DNA from: a virus
Direction: 5' to 3' (one strand)
Length of the DNA stretch: 64,000 bases
Virus record (IMG/VR): IMGVR_UViG_3300020220_004906
Span: 11,463 to 75,462 of that record
A program made the translations under genes and the position numbers. How positions within the stretch are numbered: the first letter of the stretch is position 1; every line of letters begins with the position of its first letter. Below the pieces are notes generated by a model that was given only the letters and a program-made list of their open reading frames with translations, was not told where the DNA came from and ran no database searches. Below are positions 46,467-57,220 of the stretch, piece by piece.

Positions 46467-47866
46467 TATAATCCTGCTCTTTCAGCGACGATGGCCACTT
46501 CGTTGCCCGCTCTACTGATCCTCACAAAGCCATCATTGACCAATTTTGTTGTGTCGGTCAACGTTCTGCTTCTATATATTTTTTTGACGTCATTGGATGC
46601 TGCTGTATATTCTATCTCGCTTTGGCTGATAGTAAGACCTTTTCTTGACCCGACCTGTTTGTAATAAATCCCTGCTGCCACTTTATCTTGTGCCACCAAA
46701 TTGGTTTGAACGAGATTAAAAGATTCTGTTGGCGAGAGGTAAAGCCTAGTGTCTAATACCCTAGTTGGGATTACTTGGTTGTTAGGATTGCTTTGATCAC
46801 CTAAACTCTTTGATCGTGCCAATGATGGGGCCGCGGCAAGACCTGCCACGGCCAGAGCGCCGATGGAAAAACTGCCCACAGGATTGGTTACTGTGCCAGC
46901 TTGACGGGCAATATCTATCACTCCCTCTTTCACTATGCCTTTCAATTCTTCTTTCACTGCTTGTTTGGCTTTGATCTTTTTGGCATTGTTGTAGGTGTTT
47001 ATGGCTCCAAGCACCGCTCCTAGATAATTGCCCTCTCTTACGTTGCCTATCACAGATCCAATGCCATCCACGATTCCTCCCTGCCCAAATATAGATGTGG
47101 TGCCTCGTCCCAACACACTGAGAGGGGAAGGTTCTTTGTCATAATGCAAAGTTGCGAACCCCGGCACAGATACCGGATCAACCTTACCTGCTGTGTATAT
47201 GACGGTCTCGTAAAACAATTGCATGGTGTTGGTCAACAATCCTTGCCCATCTGTTTGATCAAGATTGTCATGGCTGAAAGATCCAATGATTGGATTGACC
47301 AGAGTGAATCCGCTGAAAGTTTTTTTATGCAACACAAATATTTGCACTGATTTAAGGAATGGTTTACCTCTTTTTTGTGAATTGTCCATTCCGAACTGTG
47401 TGACCGTTTTTCTATTGGTGTCATGATACATATCATCTTTGGCAATGTCTACAATTTGTGTCCTGTTTATAGATTGTGAATCTGCGATGTTGTACTCGTA
47501 ATAGGCCTTCCAAAAGGCATTCACGGTATCAGCATGATCATCATGGAAAACTATGTTCACAGGATTATATTTTATTCTTGTGCCCACATAGACTTTTTTA
47601 TTGTATTGCAATCTTTCTTCAAGATTCATGTCATACTTGGGCAATTCACATGACTTGACCAACATGTTGAGTTCCAAACGTTCATTTGTGCTGAACGGCC
47701 TCACAGGTATGGTATTATCGATATTGAACACCACATGGAATAGGAATTTTTGTTTGGGTAGTAATCTAAAATTGTCGTCTATATATAATCTACTGGCGTG
47801 TTGAAAATCCTTCAATCCAGGAAGACCGTTTGAGAAACCTTTTAAGAAATTATTGATCTTTGGCAT
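46466..47866 (-). CDS. Tail-tube-fold baseplate/tube initiator protein
   Basis: KSCELP, YNPVNIVFHDD; follows the tail tube gene. Confidence 0.6.
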   Translation of the reverse strand: MPKINNFLKGFSNGLPGLKDFQHASRLYIDDNFRLLPKQKFLFHVVFNIDNTIPVRPFSTNERLELNMLVKSCELPKYDMNLEERLQYNKKVYVGTRIKYNPVNIVFHDDHADTVNAFWKAYYEYNIADSQSINRTQIVDIAKDDMYHDTNRKTVTQFGMDNSQKRGKPFLKSVQIFVLHKKTFSGFTLVNPIIGSFSHDNLDQTDGQGLLTNTMQLFYETVIYTAGKVDPVSVPGFATLHYDKEPSPLSVLGRGTTSIFGQGGIVDGIGSVIGNVREGNYLGAVLGAINTYNNAKKIKAKQAVKEELKGIVKEGVIDIARQAGTVTNPVGSFSIGALAVAGLAAAPSLARSKSLGDQSNPNNQVIPTRVLDTRLYLSPTESFNLVQTNLVAQDKVAAGIYYKQVGSRKGLTISQSEIEYTAASNDVKKIYRSRTLTDTTKLVNDGFVRISRAGNEVAIVAERAGL

Positions 47867-47884
47867 ACCTATATTTATAGTCAC

Positions 47885-47914
47885 AAAAAAAGCGCCGTTA
47901 AAGGCGCTTCTTTT
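47885..47914 (-). terminator. Intrinsic terminator after the tail tube gene (possibly bidirectional)
   Basis: AAGCGCC/GGCGCTT stem with T7 tract. Confidence 0.8.
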
Positions 47915-47935
47915 GCTATAAATGCAAATGTTCTA

Positions 47936-48562
47936 TTATATACCGCCGCCTGTGCTTAATGTGCCTATGGTTCTTGTCACCCTTGTGCCGATTCCTGTGC
48001 CTTGCGGAGTTTGTACTGCGTTGTCGTATCTTATGTTGAGGCTGATGGTCACTGGATCGCTGGTGTTGTAAGCCAATGTGTTGTAATTCACTGATTCGAC
48101 ATAGGAACCATAAAGTTCCCAAGTTTCTAGTATACCTGCTGTGGAAGCACCATTACCGCCATCTAGCATTTCAATTCTAGTTGTGAATTTGTAGTCAATA
48201 CCAGAAGCTGCAGAGGCTTGCTCAAAGAAATCAAATTGTTTCTGAATTTGTTCTCCCACTAATTTCGAAACTGAATTGTTGACGTCATCTCTCAATGTCA
48301 ATGCGATCGGTTCCCAAGTGTGTTTACCAGCTGCATATACTTTAGAGTTGTAAACATCTAGTGTGACAGTATCAAAAGTTAGGTTTGGTCGTGTCACATC
48401 CATTACTTGTTTGGTGATTTCTGATCTTGGAGTGGACACCCCAAAATTCTCGAGAACCACTCTGAAACGATACTGTAGTTTTGGCATCAACAAACCTTGT
48501 GATGCTGAACTCTGATCGTTTGCCAAAGGTACTGTAAATTTGCTTAGTGTTGAAATTGCCAT
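47936..48562 (-). CDS. Tail tube protein (gp19-like)
   Basis: Follows the sheath gene; AGKHTWEPIALTLRDD, IRYD. Confidence 0.85.
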   Translation of the reverse strand: MAISTLSKFTVPLANDQSSASQGLLMPKLQYRFRVVLENFGVSTPRSEITKQVMDVTRPNLTFDTVTLDVYNSKVYAAGKHTWEPIALTLRDDVNNSVSKLVGEQIQKQFDFFEQASAASGIDYKFTTRIEMLDGGNGASTAGILETWELYGSYVESVNYNTLAYNTSDPVTISLNIRYDNAVQTPQGTGIGTRVTRTIGTLSTGGGI

Positions 48563-48565
48563 ATA

Positions 48566-51500
48566 TTATACTCCAAGTTTCGCTATTTCACCTGTGTTTT
48601 TAATTCTCAACGGTATGTAGATGAACTCTACCGATTTCACAGGTTCAATCGCTATGTCCACATACAGTTCGTTTCTGTCTATTCTAGCAGCAGTATTGTT
48701 ACCCTCGTCACATACTACTAAGAAGTCATATAAAGCTCTCTTACCCACCAATTCTAACAAGAATGAGTCGATAGCTGATTTGATTTCATTTCTTGTCAAG
48801 GTATCGTTGGGTTCAAAAATAAACGGCTGGGCTATTCTGTCTAATTGTGTTCTTAGGAAAACAGTCAATCTTGCAACGTTGATTCTATCCAGAGATGAAC
48901 TTCCGGCAGCTTTTGTCAGGTTACCAAAATTGACGATGCCGGCTCCTGCGAATGCTGTGATTGGATTTATTTTCACAGTATGCATGCTGTCTCTCACAGA
49001 TTCAGTCAAGGATACTGTTTGAAATTCCCCTGTAGTAGCATCAATGTATCCTACAGATTGTGCATTGTTAACCACGCCTCTTCTAGTACCAGCTGGTGCA
49101 AACCATGGGAATCCCACATTGTCATTGTTCGCTAACACTCTCAGCATCATGTGACTTGGTGGAACCACGATGATTTTTCCTTTATTGTCTGTGGTTCTTC
49201 CCGATGGATAAAACACTCCCATATATTCACTGGAAGTAGTCAAGCCATCTTCACCGTTGTCTGCGGCGTTGGCAGAGTTGTTCGACCAGTTAGTGATTGC
49301 TGTTGCCGTGCTGGCCAGTCTGAATGGAGTGTCCCCCAATATGAATCCAGTGTAGTTTCTGTCGGCATTTAGATTCACCATTTCAGAAATCAATTCTGGA
49401 TATCCAGGACAAGCGATGAGGTTGAAGCCTCTTTGGTCTTCTCTGATGGCCTGGTTGGTATTGATCTCTGATTTCAATTGTTGTACAATTACTTTTCTCA
49501 CAGCTTTTCTGCCAAATGTGCCTGAGCCATCCGCGTTGTTGGCGTTTTTGGTCACCCATCTATCTTTGAAATATGTGGCCACGCTCTCGTTGCTGTTGAA
49601 TCTTGTGTTACCTTTGCCGCTTGATCCAGATCCTGGATATTTGACAGTGGTTATGTGATTGTTTTTATATTCTTTCACGTTGAAACCAGACCTTCTGGTG
49701 TTCCATAGCAGCATACCTTTTGGATACAGTGCTGGATCCGGAGCATCAGGATCTAAGAAGTTATCAGACAGAAGATCTTTGATGCTGCCAGCATCGCCGG
49801 TTCCGCCCACTGAGTTTGAATCAGTTCTTCCTGCCGCCTTGTTCCACCTTGCATCGGCAAATAGTATGCCGGCTCCGGTGGTTTGATCACTTTTGTCTAT
49901 CAACACAAAATCTGCACCATCTGCTAAGGTGGTGTCATATCTGTAAAGTTTTGGATAGTTTTCTGTATCACTGGAGTCAATCCATAAGTCACCGTTCACC
50001 AATGCAGTACCATCTGACTGTGTGGTAGGTTTCGTTGCTGTCAATTGCGGGCCATTGGGGTCGGTAGTTGCCAATGATCCACCTGATTGTGAAGCGGTGG
50101 TTCCATTTTTGTATCCAACGAATGTTGTGCCGTTGTGTACTAGGATGTCAGCGTCTGTGCCTGAGTTGTACCATAAAGTTCCATCTGCTGGTTCGTTGCT
50201 GGGAGCAGTCACTGAAGCTGTGTAGCTCAAGCGCTTCCAGTTAGAAGCCATCACTGTGGCAGGAGCTGTGGAATCTTCCGTAGCACCAGCTGGGACGTCA
50301 TACAAATTGTCTACCAATGTGCTTGAATTTGCTGTGTAGGTTCCGTAGCTGTGAGCAGCCGCAGCGCCGAATCCGGCATCTGAAAGTGCAGTGCCCGAAT
50401 CCACGTCAAACATTCTGAAGTCTCCACCTTTGTTGTGTGTGATTTTAATAAAATTATCACTAGTAATTTCCGCCACGATGTTGACGAATCCCGCACCATT
50501 GATAGCCGCAACGAAGTCAGTGTTTGCTGTGCCACCAAGTGTCACTGTTTCTGATTGTTCTTCCAACGCTGCTTGTCCCACTATTGATTCAGCGATCTTG
50601 ATTGAATGACCTGCTGTGAAAGTGGCTGCTGCGGTTTTAGATATGATAACGGTTTTTCCGCCTTCATATCTGAATACCTGGAAATCTGCCAGGCTATCTG
50701 TTGTGTCGAACGCGCCTAGCAATGATTGTTCGGTGACGTTGTATTGGGTGTAAAGTGTTCCTGCAGTGATGCCAGTGCCTCCACCAACAGGATCGATTCC
50801 ATAGATGGCTGCATGATTGTTGGAATAGAAAGGGGCATCCACTTCCGAGAATGCTTTGGTGGCTGAGTTGTATATTTTGATTACTACGTCAGCGCCCGCA
50901 TTTGGAGTGGTGTATTTGAACCACACTGACCCAGTGGGTCTGTCTTCTTCTGCAGTTTTCCATAACGGTCTATTAATGTGCGAAGCTTGTAAAAATTTTG
51001 CATTAGCGCCAATGGCCGTTTTCCACGCTGCACTGCCCACTTGCACCCAGGTATTGGACGTTGTTTTCAAATAAATCTTGTTTGTGACATGAGTGGTGTT
51101 GATAGCATATTGCCCAACAGTGCCAATCGATGTTAATGGAATGCCTGTAGATACACCACCAACTAAATTATCGGTCGATGTGATATAGATAGGAGTGATT
51201 GTGGTGAATGATTGATCTGTTGCCGACCATTCGAAAATCCCAGGGACTATTTTATTTAGATCTAACCAATAGGTGCCGTTGGTTGGTGCTGATGTAGGAG
51301 CACTAGTAGAGTCCACCAGTTGACCTAGATCAACATTGGCTCGTAGTACGAAAGCTCTGTTGGCAATACCTAGAAATGAGTACGCTGCTTGTAGACCATA
51401 CTCATTTAACTCATAACCATTCCGAGGATTGCTTGATGCATCTGTGAAAAATTTTGGATCTCCAAAAGTCTCAGTCAGCTCTCTCTGAGAAGAGATCAAA

Positions 51501-51673
51501 TAAACGGTGTTTGCATTAGCACTTTTTGTGCCTGCTGCTGTGGCTGTGCCTGCTCCGTTCAATTTGTCTTGAGCAGTTGCTATGATTATTAAAGGCGTGG
51601 ACGACGCGTCTGCTGGAACGTAGAAACTTTCGTCTAAAACTTGTATTTCTACGCCTGGTGATGTTAATGCCAT
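48566..51673 (-). CDS. Tail sheath protein (gp18-like), large
   Basis: SPGV N-terminus, WFAPAG.RRG, RINVARL, FEPND, IEPVKSVEFI. Confidence 0.93.
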   Translation of the reverse strand: MALTSPGVEIQVLDESFYVPADASSTPLIIIATAQDKLNGAGTATAAGTKSANANTVYLISSQRELTETFGDPKFFTDASSNPRNGYELNEYGLQAAYSFLGIANRAFVLRANVDLGQLVDSTSAPTSAPTNGTYWLDLNKIVPGIFEWSATDQSFTTITPIYITSTDNLVGGVSTGIPLTSIGTVGQYAINTTHVTNKIYLKTTSNTWVQVGSAAWKTAIGANAKFLQASHINRPLWKTAEEDRPTGSVWFKYTTPNAGADVVIKIYNSATKAFSEVDAPFYSNNHAAIYGIDPVGGGTGITAGTLYTQYNVTEQSLLGAFDTTDSLADFQVFRYEGGKTVIISKTAAATFTAGHSIKIAESIVGQAALEEQSETVTLGGTANTDFVAAINGAGFVNIVAEITSDNFIKITHNKGGDFRMFDVDSGTALSDAGFGAAAAHSYGTYTANSSTLVDNLYDVPAGATEDSTAPATVMASNWKRLSYTASVTAPSNEPADGTLWYNSGTDADILVHNGTTFVGYKNGTTASQSGGSLATTDPNGPQLTATKPTTQSDGTALVNGDLWIDSSDTENYPKLYRYDTTLADGADFVLIDKSDQTTGAGILFADARWNKAAGRTDSNSVGGTGDAGSIKDLLSDNFLDPDAPDPALYPKGMLLWNTRRSGFNVKEYKNNHITTVKYPGSGSSGKGNTRFNSNESVATYFKDRWVTKNANNADGSGTFGRKAVRKVIVQQLKSEINTNQAIREDQRGFNLIACPGYPELISEMVNLNADRNYTGFILGDTPFRLASTATAITNWSNNSANAADNGEDGLTTSSEYMGVFYPSGRTTDNKGKIIVVPPSHMMLRVLANNDNVGFPWFAPAGTRRGVVNNAQSVGYIDATTGEFQTVSLTESVRDSMHTVKINPITAFAGAGIVNFGNLTKAAGSSSLDRINVARLTVFLRTQLDRIAQPFIFEPNDTLTRNEIKSAIDSFLLELVGKRALYDFLVVCDEGNNTAARIDRNELYVDIAIEPVKSVEFIYIPLRIKNTGEIAKLGV

Positions 51674-51780
51674 TGTTTAGTCTCCTTGCAAGTATATCTA
51701 GACTTATTTAGCGTTGTGAATAGTTTTTGCGGCGTTATCTTGTCATTTTTGGTGCCTATATAGGGCACGTAAATAATGCT

Positions 51781-52131
51781 ATGAAAAGACCACTTTGTAA
51801 AACTTGTATGAGTAATCCCAGGGCTTACGGCTATCGCAAACAAGAAAAAATCTATTGGCGTAGCCAGTGTGATACCTGCATACGTAAACAAAAAAATCTT
51901 AAAGTTACTGGTGCTTCTCGTTGGTTGCTTTCTGGATACCGTAAAAAGGCTCGCTGCGAATTATGCGCTTTCAAAGCAGTCAATGAACAGCAAATGGACG
52001 TCTTTCATGTGGATGGCAACCGGAACAACACCAGTGTGTATAATTTGAAAACCATCTGCGCCAACTGCCAAAGATTAAAAAGTACCCAAGAATTGGGATG
52101 GTCTATTGGTGATTTAGAAGTAGATGATTGA
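51781..52131 (+). CDS. HNH endonuclease-like zinc protein
   Basis: CxxC pairs, HVDGNRNN..NL..CANC. Confidence 0.75.
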   Translation: MKRPLCKTCMSNPRAYGYRKQEKIYWRSQCDTCIRKQKNLKVTGASRWLLSGYRKKARCELCAFKAVNEQQMDVFHVDGNRNNTSVYNLKTICANCQRLKSTQELGWSIGDLEVDD

Positions 52132-52684
52132 TCATATGATCCACCTGCGTTTTTAGCGTCGCTAAACTGCCGGAGTTATCTATCTCATAATCAAATGTTT
52201 GTCCGATCCAATCCCACTCACTTTGATGCACTGTTTTTTCTTGCATTTCCTCTTTTGTGGGTATGGCGCCTCTTTTGATCAGAACAACTTTGCCTTTCAA
52301 TGCCTTGATGGTTTCTATCTCATTAACAAATCTTGTGTCGCTGAGCACTATTTTTCCACCATTGTAGCGAGCAATAAATGAATCGATCCAGATGCTGTCA
52401 TGGAAATGTCCCCGCATCACTTCTGTGCCCCAATACTGTAAAATGTATCGAGGGGTCACCGGCTGGTTGAGTTTGTTGCTCCAATAAGGATCAACTCTCT
52501 CCCTCCACATGCGACTCTCCTGTGTGGCTCCTTCCAGCAGTGCTCGATCCCAACCAAATATCACGCTCACAGCATCTTTTAATGATTTTGCGAAGCTATC
52601 TCGTTGAAATCCGTGATTACTAACCAAGCATTCTGCCACAGTGTCCTTGCCAGATCCTATTAAGCCTACCAATCCTATCAGCAT
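52103..52684 (-). CDS. Deoxynucleoside monophosphate kinase (gp1-like)
   Basis: GLIGSGKDT, LQYWGTE, DTRF.NE, HQSE. Confidence 0.9.
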   Translation of the reverse strand: MLIGLVGLIGSGKDTVAECLVSNHGFQRDSFAKSLKDAVSVIFGWDRALLEGATQESRMWRERVDPYWSNKLNQPVTPRYILQYWGTEVMRGHFHDSIWIDSFIARYNGGKIVLSDTRFVNEIETIKALKGKVVLIKRGAIPTKEEMQEKTVHQSEWDWIGQTFDYEIDNSGSLATLKTQVDHMINHLLLNHQ

Positions 52685-52693
52685 AGGATTATA

Positions 52694-52870
52694 TTATAGT
52701 TTTTTTATTCTTTTTGCAATCTCTTGTTTGACTTTTTCCACGGTTTTTAATATTTGCTTTCGCATTTCGGATCGATCGGCCACGCGACTCATATTTTCCA
52801 ACGCGGTGACCAACTCTTCTAATTCTTGGAAGGACAAATCTTTTATATTTTTGATGCCTGTATAAGCCAT
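52694..52870 (-). CDS. Small coiled-coil protein (58 aa)
   Basis: Hand translation MAYTGIKNIKDLSFQELEEL..KRIKKL; TAAATA upstream. Confidence 0.6.
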   Translation of the reverse strand: MAYTGIKNIKDLSFQELEELVTALENMSRVADRSEMRKQILKTVEKVKQEIAKRIKKL

Positions 52871-52922
52871 AAGCGATTTATTTAATCTGAAGTTTTAAAG
52901 AATTAAAAGGTAATAAAAAGGA

Positions 52923-53681
52923 TTAACCAATTATAAAACTGGTTGGTTTTCCGCCATCGATAAACAGTGCAATCTCCTGGTCCAGTTTCTCCATCATGGC
53001 CATGCCATCCTGCCGCAACGTTTCTCCATTGAGGGTGGTCCCTCCCTGTGGGCCGTTGATGGTGGCAAACTTGCCTCTGGCCTCGCCGAGCATAACCTTG
53101 CTCACCGCCAATGTGTAATCTCTAATCCAGGGTTTACTGTAGATGTCGTTAAGCAACACAATGTCTGGTCGGAAATTATCAGTGTGCAAAATTACCCTCT
53201 CTCCGTCCACTCGTGGGCGTTGGGTAATTGTCAATGTTTTAGTTGCGTTATCATAATGGAATTGAATGAAGGAGCCAAACATTTTGCCAACGAGCTCCTG
53301 GTAAGATGCGAAAGCATAGTAGGTGGCCAATCCGCCCACAGCACCTGCTCTCAATAGATAGGTGTTGGTGTATGCTAGATTGAATGGTTCGAATAATGTG
53401 CCTCCCTGTCCATCACCTCGTGACCCCACTGTAGCCCTTCCAATCTCTCTGACGTTGATGATCTCGTCTGGCAAGATATATTTGTTTTGATTTTGTATGA
53501 GATCCAAAAAGGCATAGCTCTCCTCTACTGAATTGTTGGATCTCTGCCTATACCTGTTCACTGCTCTTTCCAGTGCGATTTGATAGTGTTTTGGGTCCAA
53601 TTCCACCTCAATCATACCGTCTCCCAGCATGGTTTTTACGTAATCAAAAACTTGTTGCTGTGCTGTTTGTAACTCTGACAT
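52923..53681 (-). CDS. Neck protein (gp13-like)
   Basis: LG..IEVEL, WIRDY, G..RGKF..GPQGG.TLNG, terminal IG. Confidence 0.8.
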   Translation of the reverse strand: MSELQTAQQQVFDYVKTMLGDGMIEVELDPKHYQIALERAVNRYRQRSNNSVEESYAFLDLIQNQNKYILPDEIINVREIGRATVGSRGDGQGGTLFEPFNLAYTNTYLLRAGAVGGLATYYAFASYQELVGKMFGSFIQFHYDNATKTLTITQRPRVDGERVILHTDNFRPDIVLLNDIYSKPWIRDYTLAVSKVMLGEARGKFATINGPQGGTTLNGETLRQDGMAMMEKLDQEIALFIDGGKPTSFIIG

Positions 53682-53724
53682 ATGGATATTTATGGCTAGA
53701 TGCTTTTCCATAAATATGGTTAGT

Positions 53725-54894
53725 ATGCCACGTTTATCAATATACAAGCCAGAAAAAGGCAACGATTATAAGTTTTTTGATCGCAATATAAATGAGATGT
53801 TCCAGGTGGGAGGAACTGATGTTTTTCTACACAAATACGTTGGAATATATGATCAAGGAGAAGAAGGCACCAAGGACGGTGATGCTAGCCCCACACAACC
53901 TCATTACAGTGGCAGTAACTTGAATGAAAGAACTATACAAGATTTGTTATTTTTAGAAAATAGAGATAGAAAATATGACAAAGACGTATATGTAGTGAGA
54001 GGTATCTATAACGTGCAGGACACAGATTTCAATCTCAGCCAATTCGGCATGTTTCTGCAAAACGACACCCTATTCTTAACTGTGCATCTGAATGATGTGG
54101 TTGAAAGATTGGGCAGGAAGCCCATGAGCGGAGATGTTATAGAATTCCCGCATTTGAAAGATGATTACAGTCTAGACGCCAGCATTCCCATTGCACTGAA
54201 AAGATTCTATGTTGTCGAAGACGTGAACAGATCAGCAGAAGGATTTTCTCCAACTTATTGGCCACACCTATTGAGACTAAAATTAAAAACGCTGGTGGAC
54301 AGTCAAGAATTCCGTGATATCATAGGTGATGCTACCACCGCCGGATCACTTGCCAGCTATATGAGCACTTATAATAAAGAAAGAGAAATTAATGATGCGA
54401 TCATAAATCAGGCCGAAGCGGATGCCCCAAAATCTGGGTTCAATTACAAGCAATTTTATGTGACTCCTATAGATGAGAGAGGCAACGTAAGGCTGGACGG
54501 TATAAATTCCAATGCATCAATCTCGTCTAATCAGCCAATTAATGCTGTGCTGGATACTCCGGCCAGCAGCCATTATGGTTTTTATTACAACGGCGATGGC
54601 ATTCCACCCAATGGTTATGTTGCTGGAGCGGGAACCAGCTTCCCAACATCCAATGTCAACAAGGGTGATTATTTCTTGAGATTGGATTTTTTGCCTAATA
54701 GATTGTTCCGTTTCGATGGGGTGCGATGGATCAAGGTAGAAGATGCTGTGAGATTGACCACTACCAATACCAATGCTAGAAACACATTTAAAACTGGTTT
54801 CATTAACAACAGCAGCACTGCTACGATCAATGGCTTGACAGTTGAGCAGAGACAATCATTGACAGATGCTCTGAAACCCAAGGCGGATAATTAA
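53725..54894 (+). CDS. Neck/head-closure protein (gp14-like)
   Basis: LSQFG, RKPMSGDVI; lies between gp13 and gp15. Confidence 0.65.
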   Translation: MPRLSIYKPEKGNDYKFFDRNINEMFQVGGTDVFLHKYVGIYDQGEEGTKDGDASPTQPHYSGSNLNERTIQDLLFLENRDRKYDKDVYVVRGIYNVQDTDFNLSQFGMFLQNDTLFLTVHLNDVVERLGRKPMSGDVIEFPHLKDDYSLDASIPIALKRFYVVEDVNRSAEGFSPTYWPHLLRLKLKTLVDSQEFRDIIGDATTAGSLASYMSTYNKEREINDAIINQAEADAPKSGFNYKQFYVTPIDERGNVRLDGINSNASISSNQPINAVLDTPASSHYGFYYNGDGIPPNGYVAGAGTSFPTSNVNKGDYFLRLDFLPNRLFRFDGVRWIKVEDAVRLTTTNTNARNTFKTGFINNSSTATINGLTVEQRQSLTDALKPKADN

Positions 54895-56279
54895 TGCTTC
54901 ATTTTTACGATGGTCAGATAAGGAAATTCGTGACTCAGTTCATTAGAGTGCTGAGTAATTTTTCCATTGAGTTGGGCAAGGGCACAAGTGGCCAGGTACA
55001 GTTGAGACAGGTTCCTGTGACCTATGGTGACATGACGCGACAGGTGGCCAACATTATTAGGAACAACAGCGAGAATGCGCTACAATCTGCTCCCAAGATT
55101 GCTTGTTACATCTCAGCGCTTGAATATGACAGAGATAGAATGCAAAATCCTTATCACGTAGAAAAACAACATCTCAAAGAAAGAAATTACAATGAGGCCA
55201 CTGGACAATATGATAATGCCTTAGGTGCTGGATACACCATAGAAAAAGTTATGCCCAGCCCATTTAGATTGACAGTGAAGGCAGACATTTATACCACAAA
55301 CACTGATATGAAATTGCAGATATTAGAACAAATTCTGTACTTGTTCAATCCGGACTTCGAAATTCAAAAAAGCGACAATTATATCGACTGGACCAGCTTG
55401 AGTTATATCGAATTGAAAGACATAAATTTCAGTTCAAGATCTATTCCTGTTGGAGCCGAAGTGGAAATTGATGTGGCATCTATGACTTTCAGCATGCCTA
55501 TTTGGTTATCTCCTCCCGTCAAAGTTTCCAAATTGGGAGTGATACAAAAGATCATTATGAGCATCTATGACGACGATGGAGGCATCACCAAAGGATTGAT
55601 TGACGGAACTTTAATATCAAAATCTTATGTGACTCCAAACAATTATGCTCTATTATTGACCGGCAACCAATTGAGAATATTGGGCAGCACGGGCATAAAT
55701 GTAAGCTCGGGCGGGGATGGTTTCTATACAGGGGCGAGAGAAGCAACAACGCTAGATCCTTTCGAGACATTTGGTCCCCCAATTAATTGGAATATATTAT
55801 TAAATCAATATGGAAAAATCACTAATGGATTGAGCCAAGTGAAGTTGACACAAGATAACGGCAATGAAGTTGTGGGCACTATATCAGCGTCTCCGCTGGA
55901 TGAGAGCATTTTATTGTTTAATATTGATTCTGATACCATACCCGCCAATACAATAGCTTCTGTTAATAAAATTATAAATCCATTAACATTTGATGCGAGT
56001 GCTACTCCAGCCAATGGCACAAGATTCCTTATTACACAGGACATTGGGGACAGCACACAATATTGGCCAGGAAATTTGGATGCCCAGGCCAATGATATAG
56101 TACAATACAACAGCTCAACTAACACATGGAGCGTGGTATGGGCAGCGGCTGATTTTGATTCCACAGTAGAATATGTCACCAATCTCAATACTGGAATTCA
56201 ATACAAATACAACGGCACAAACTGGGTAAAGAGCTACGAAGGGATCTATATTGCAGGTAAGTGGACGCTTGTGCTATAA
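54894..56279 (+). CDS. Tail sheath stabiliser/terminator (gp15-like) with C-terminal extension
   Basis: HFYDGQIRK, VPVTYG, QILEQIL..FNP. Confidence 0.8.
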   Translation: MLHFYDGQIRKFVTQFIRVLSNFSIELGKGTSGQVQLRQVPVTYGDMTRQVANIIRNNSENALQSAPKIACYISALEYDRDRMQNPYHVEKQHLKERNYNEATGQYDNALGAGYTIEKVMPSPFRLTVKADIYTTNTDMKLQILEQILYLFNPDFEIQKSDNYIDWTSLSYIELKDINFSSRSIPVGAEVEIDVASMTFSMPIWLSPPVKVSKLGVIQKIIMSIYDDDGGITKGLIDGTLISKSYVTPNNYALLLTGNQLRILGSTGINVSSGGDGFYTGAREATTLDPFETFGPPINWNILLNQYGKITNGLSQVKLTQDNGNEVVGTISASPLDESILLFNIDSDTIPANTIASVNKIINPLTFDASATPANGTRFLITQDIGDSTQYWPGNLDAQANDIVQYNSSTNTWSVVWAAADFDSTVEYVTNLNTGIQYKYNGTNWVKSYEGIYIAGKWTLVL

Positions 56280-56286
56280 TTTATAA

Positions 56287-56715
56287 ATGCAAACAAATAT
56301 AATTTGTTCTGGAGCGTTATTCTACGCGGTGAATACCAAAAGATTTTTATTCCTGCAACGCAATGATGAAAAAACCCGTGGCATGTGGGCATTGGTTGGT
56401 GGCAGGAACAAATACACTGAGAGCGCTTTCGAGGGCTTGAAAAGAGAGATACACGAGGAGATTGGCTACACAGGAGCCTTCAAAAAAGTCATACCATTGG
56501 AGCTGTTCACCAGCAACGATCAAAAATTTTTTTTCAACACCTATGTGATCTGTGTGAGCGAAGAATTTTTACCAAAACTCAACGGTGAACACAGCTCATA
56601 TGCGTGGTGTGCGTTCGAGTGCTGGCCAAAAAACTTACATGCTGGTCTCAGGAACACCCTCAATAATAAATCTATAAAAGGCAAATTGCAGACTATTTTA
56701 GATCTAATTGTATAG
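56287..56715 (+). CDS. NUDIX hydrolase
   Basis: GG..E....LKREIHEEIG box. Confidence 0.88.
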   Translation: MQTNIICSGALFYAVNTKRFLFLQRNDEKTRGMWALVGGRNKYTESAFEGLKREIHEEIGYTGAFKKVIPLELFTSNDQKFFFNTYVICVSEEFLPKLNGEHSSYAWCAFECWPKNLHAGLRNTLNNKSIKGKLQTILDLIV

Positions 56716-56952
56716 GTCCGGATACATTTGGTGCAGGGCGTTCCGATCTATCCATGGGTACCAATAGGCAGTCACCATGTCGATGCATTTGTACACATGG
56801 TTCCAATGGCATTCCATCCACTCCAGCTCGTATGTATATTCCTGGAAATTGCCTGCGTTGGGATTGAAATTGCTGTTGTTTCCTATGGCCGGATAGACAT
56901 CATAGGCCTTGTTCTGTGTGTGTGATGGAAAAAAATCCATTATGGTGAACAT
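56704..56952 (-). CDS. Hypothetical aromatic-rich protein
   Basis: 82 aa; TAAGTA-N4-ATG start. Confidence 0.55.
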   Translation of the reverse strand: MFTIMDFFPSHTQNKAYDVYPAIGNNSNFNPNAGNFQEYTYELEWMECHWNHVYKCIDMVTAYWYPWIDRNALHQMYPDLYN

Positions 56953-56982
56953 AATGTACTTACCTCAAAAATGTTTCCGATA

Positions 56983-57159
56983 TTAGTTGCCTATTACCAT
57001 GAAGCTTTTCACTGATGTAGCCACGGCCAGCACCAGCAACGCGATGAGAATCACACCTAGCAGGGCCAAATACAAAGGTCTGCCGTTTTCTCTATCACGC
57101 TGAATCTTTTTATTGGGTTGGCTCAGCATATCATTTTCGTGTTCGTTGTAGGGCCACAT
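56983..57159 (-). CDS. Small single-TM protein (58 aa)
   Basis: Hand translation MWPYNEHEND..LYLALLGVILIALLVLAVA..; AGGA SD. Confidence 0.6.
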   Translation of the reverse strand: MWPYNEHENDMLSQPNKKIQRDRENGRPLYLALLGVILIALLVLAVATSVKSFMVIGN

Positions 57160-57220
57160 TTAAAATTCCTATTGGCACACCGAGCCCGTTGCCGAGCTCG
57201 GAGCGTCGTTTTTTTGGGTT

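Noticed and set aside
51781-52131. Intron-associated homing endonuclease
   Set aside because: Free-standing, and the neighbouring genes are uninterrupted
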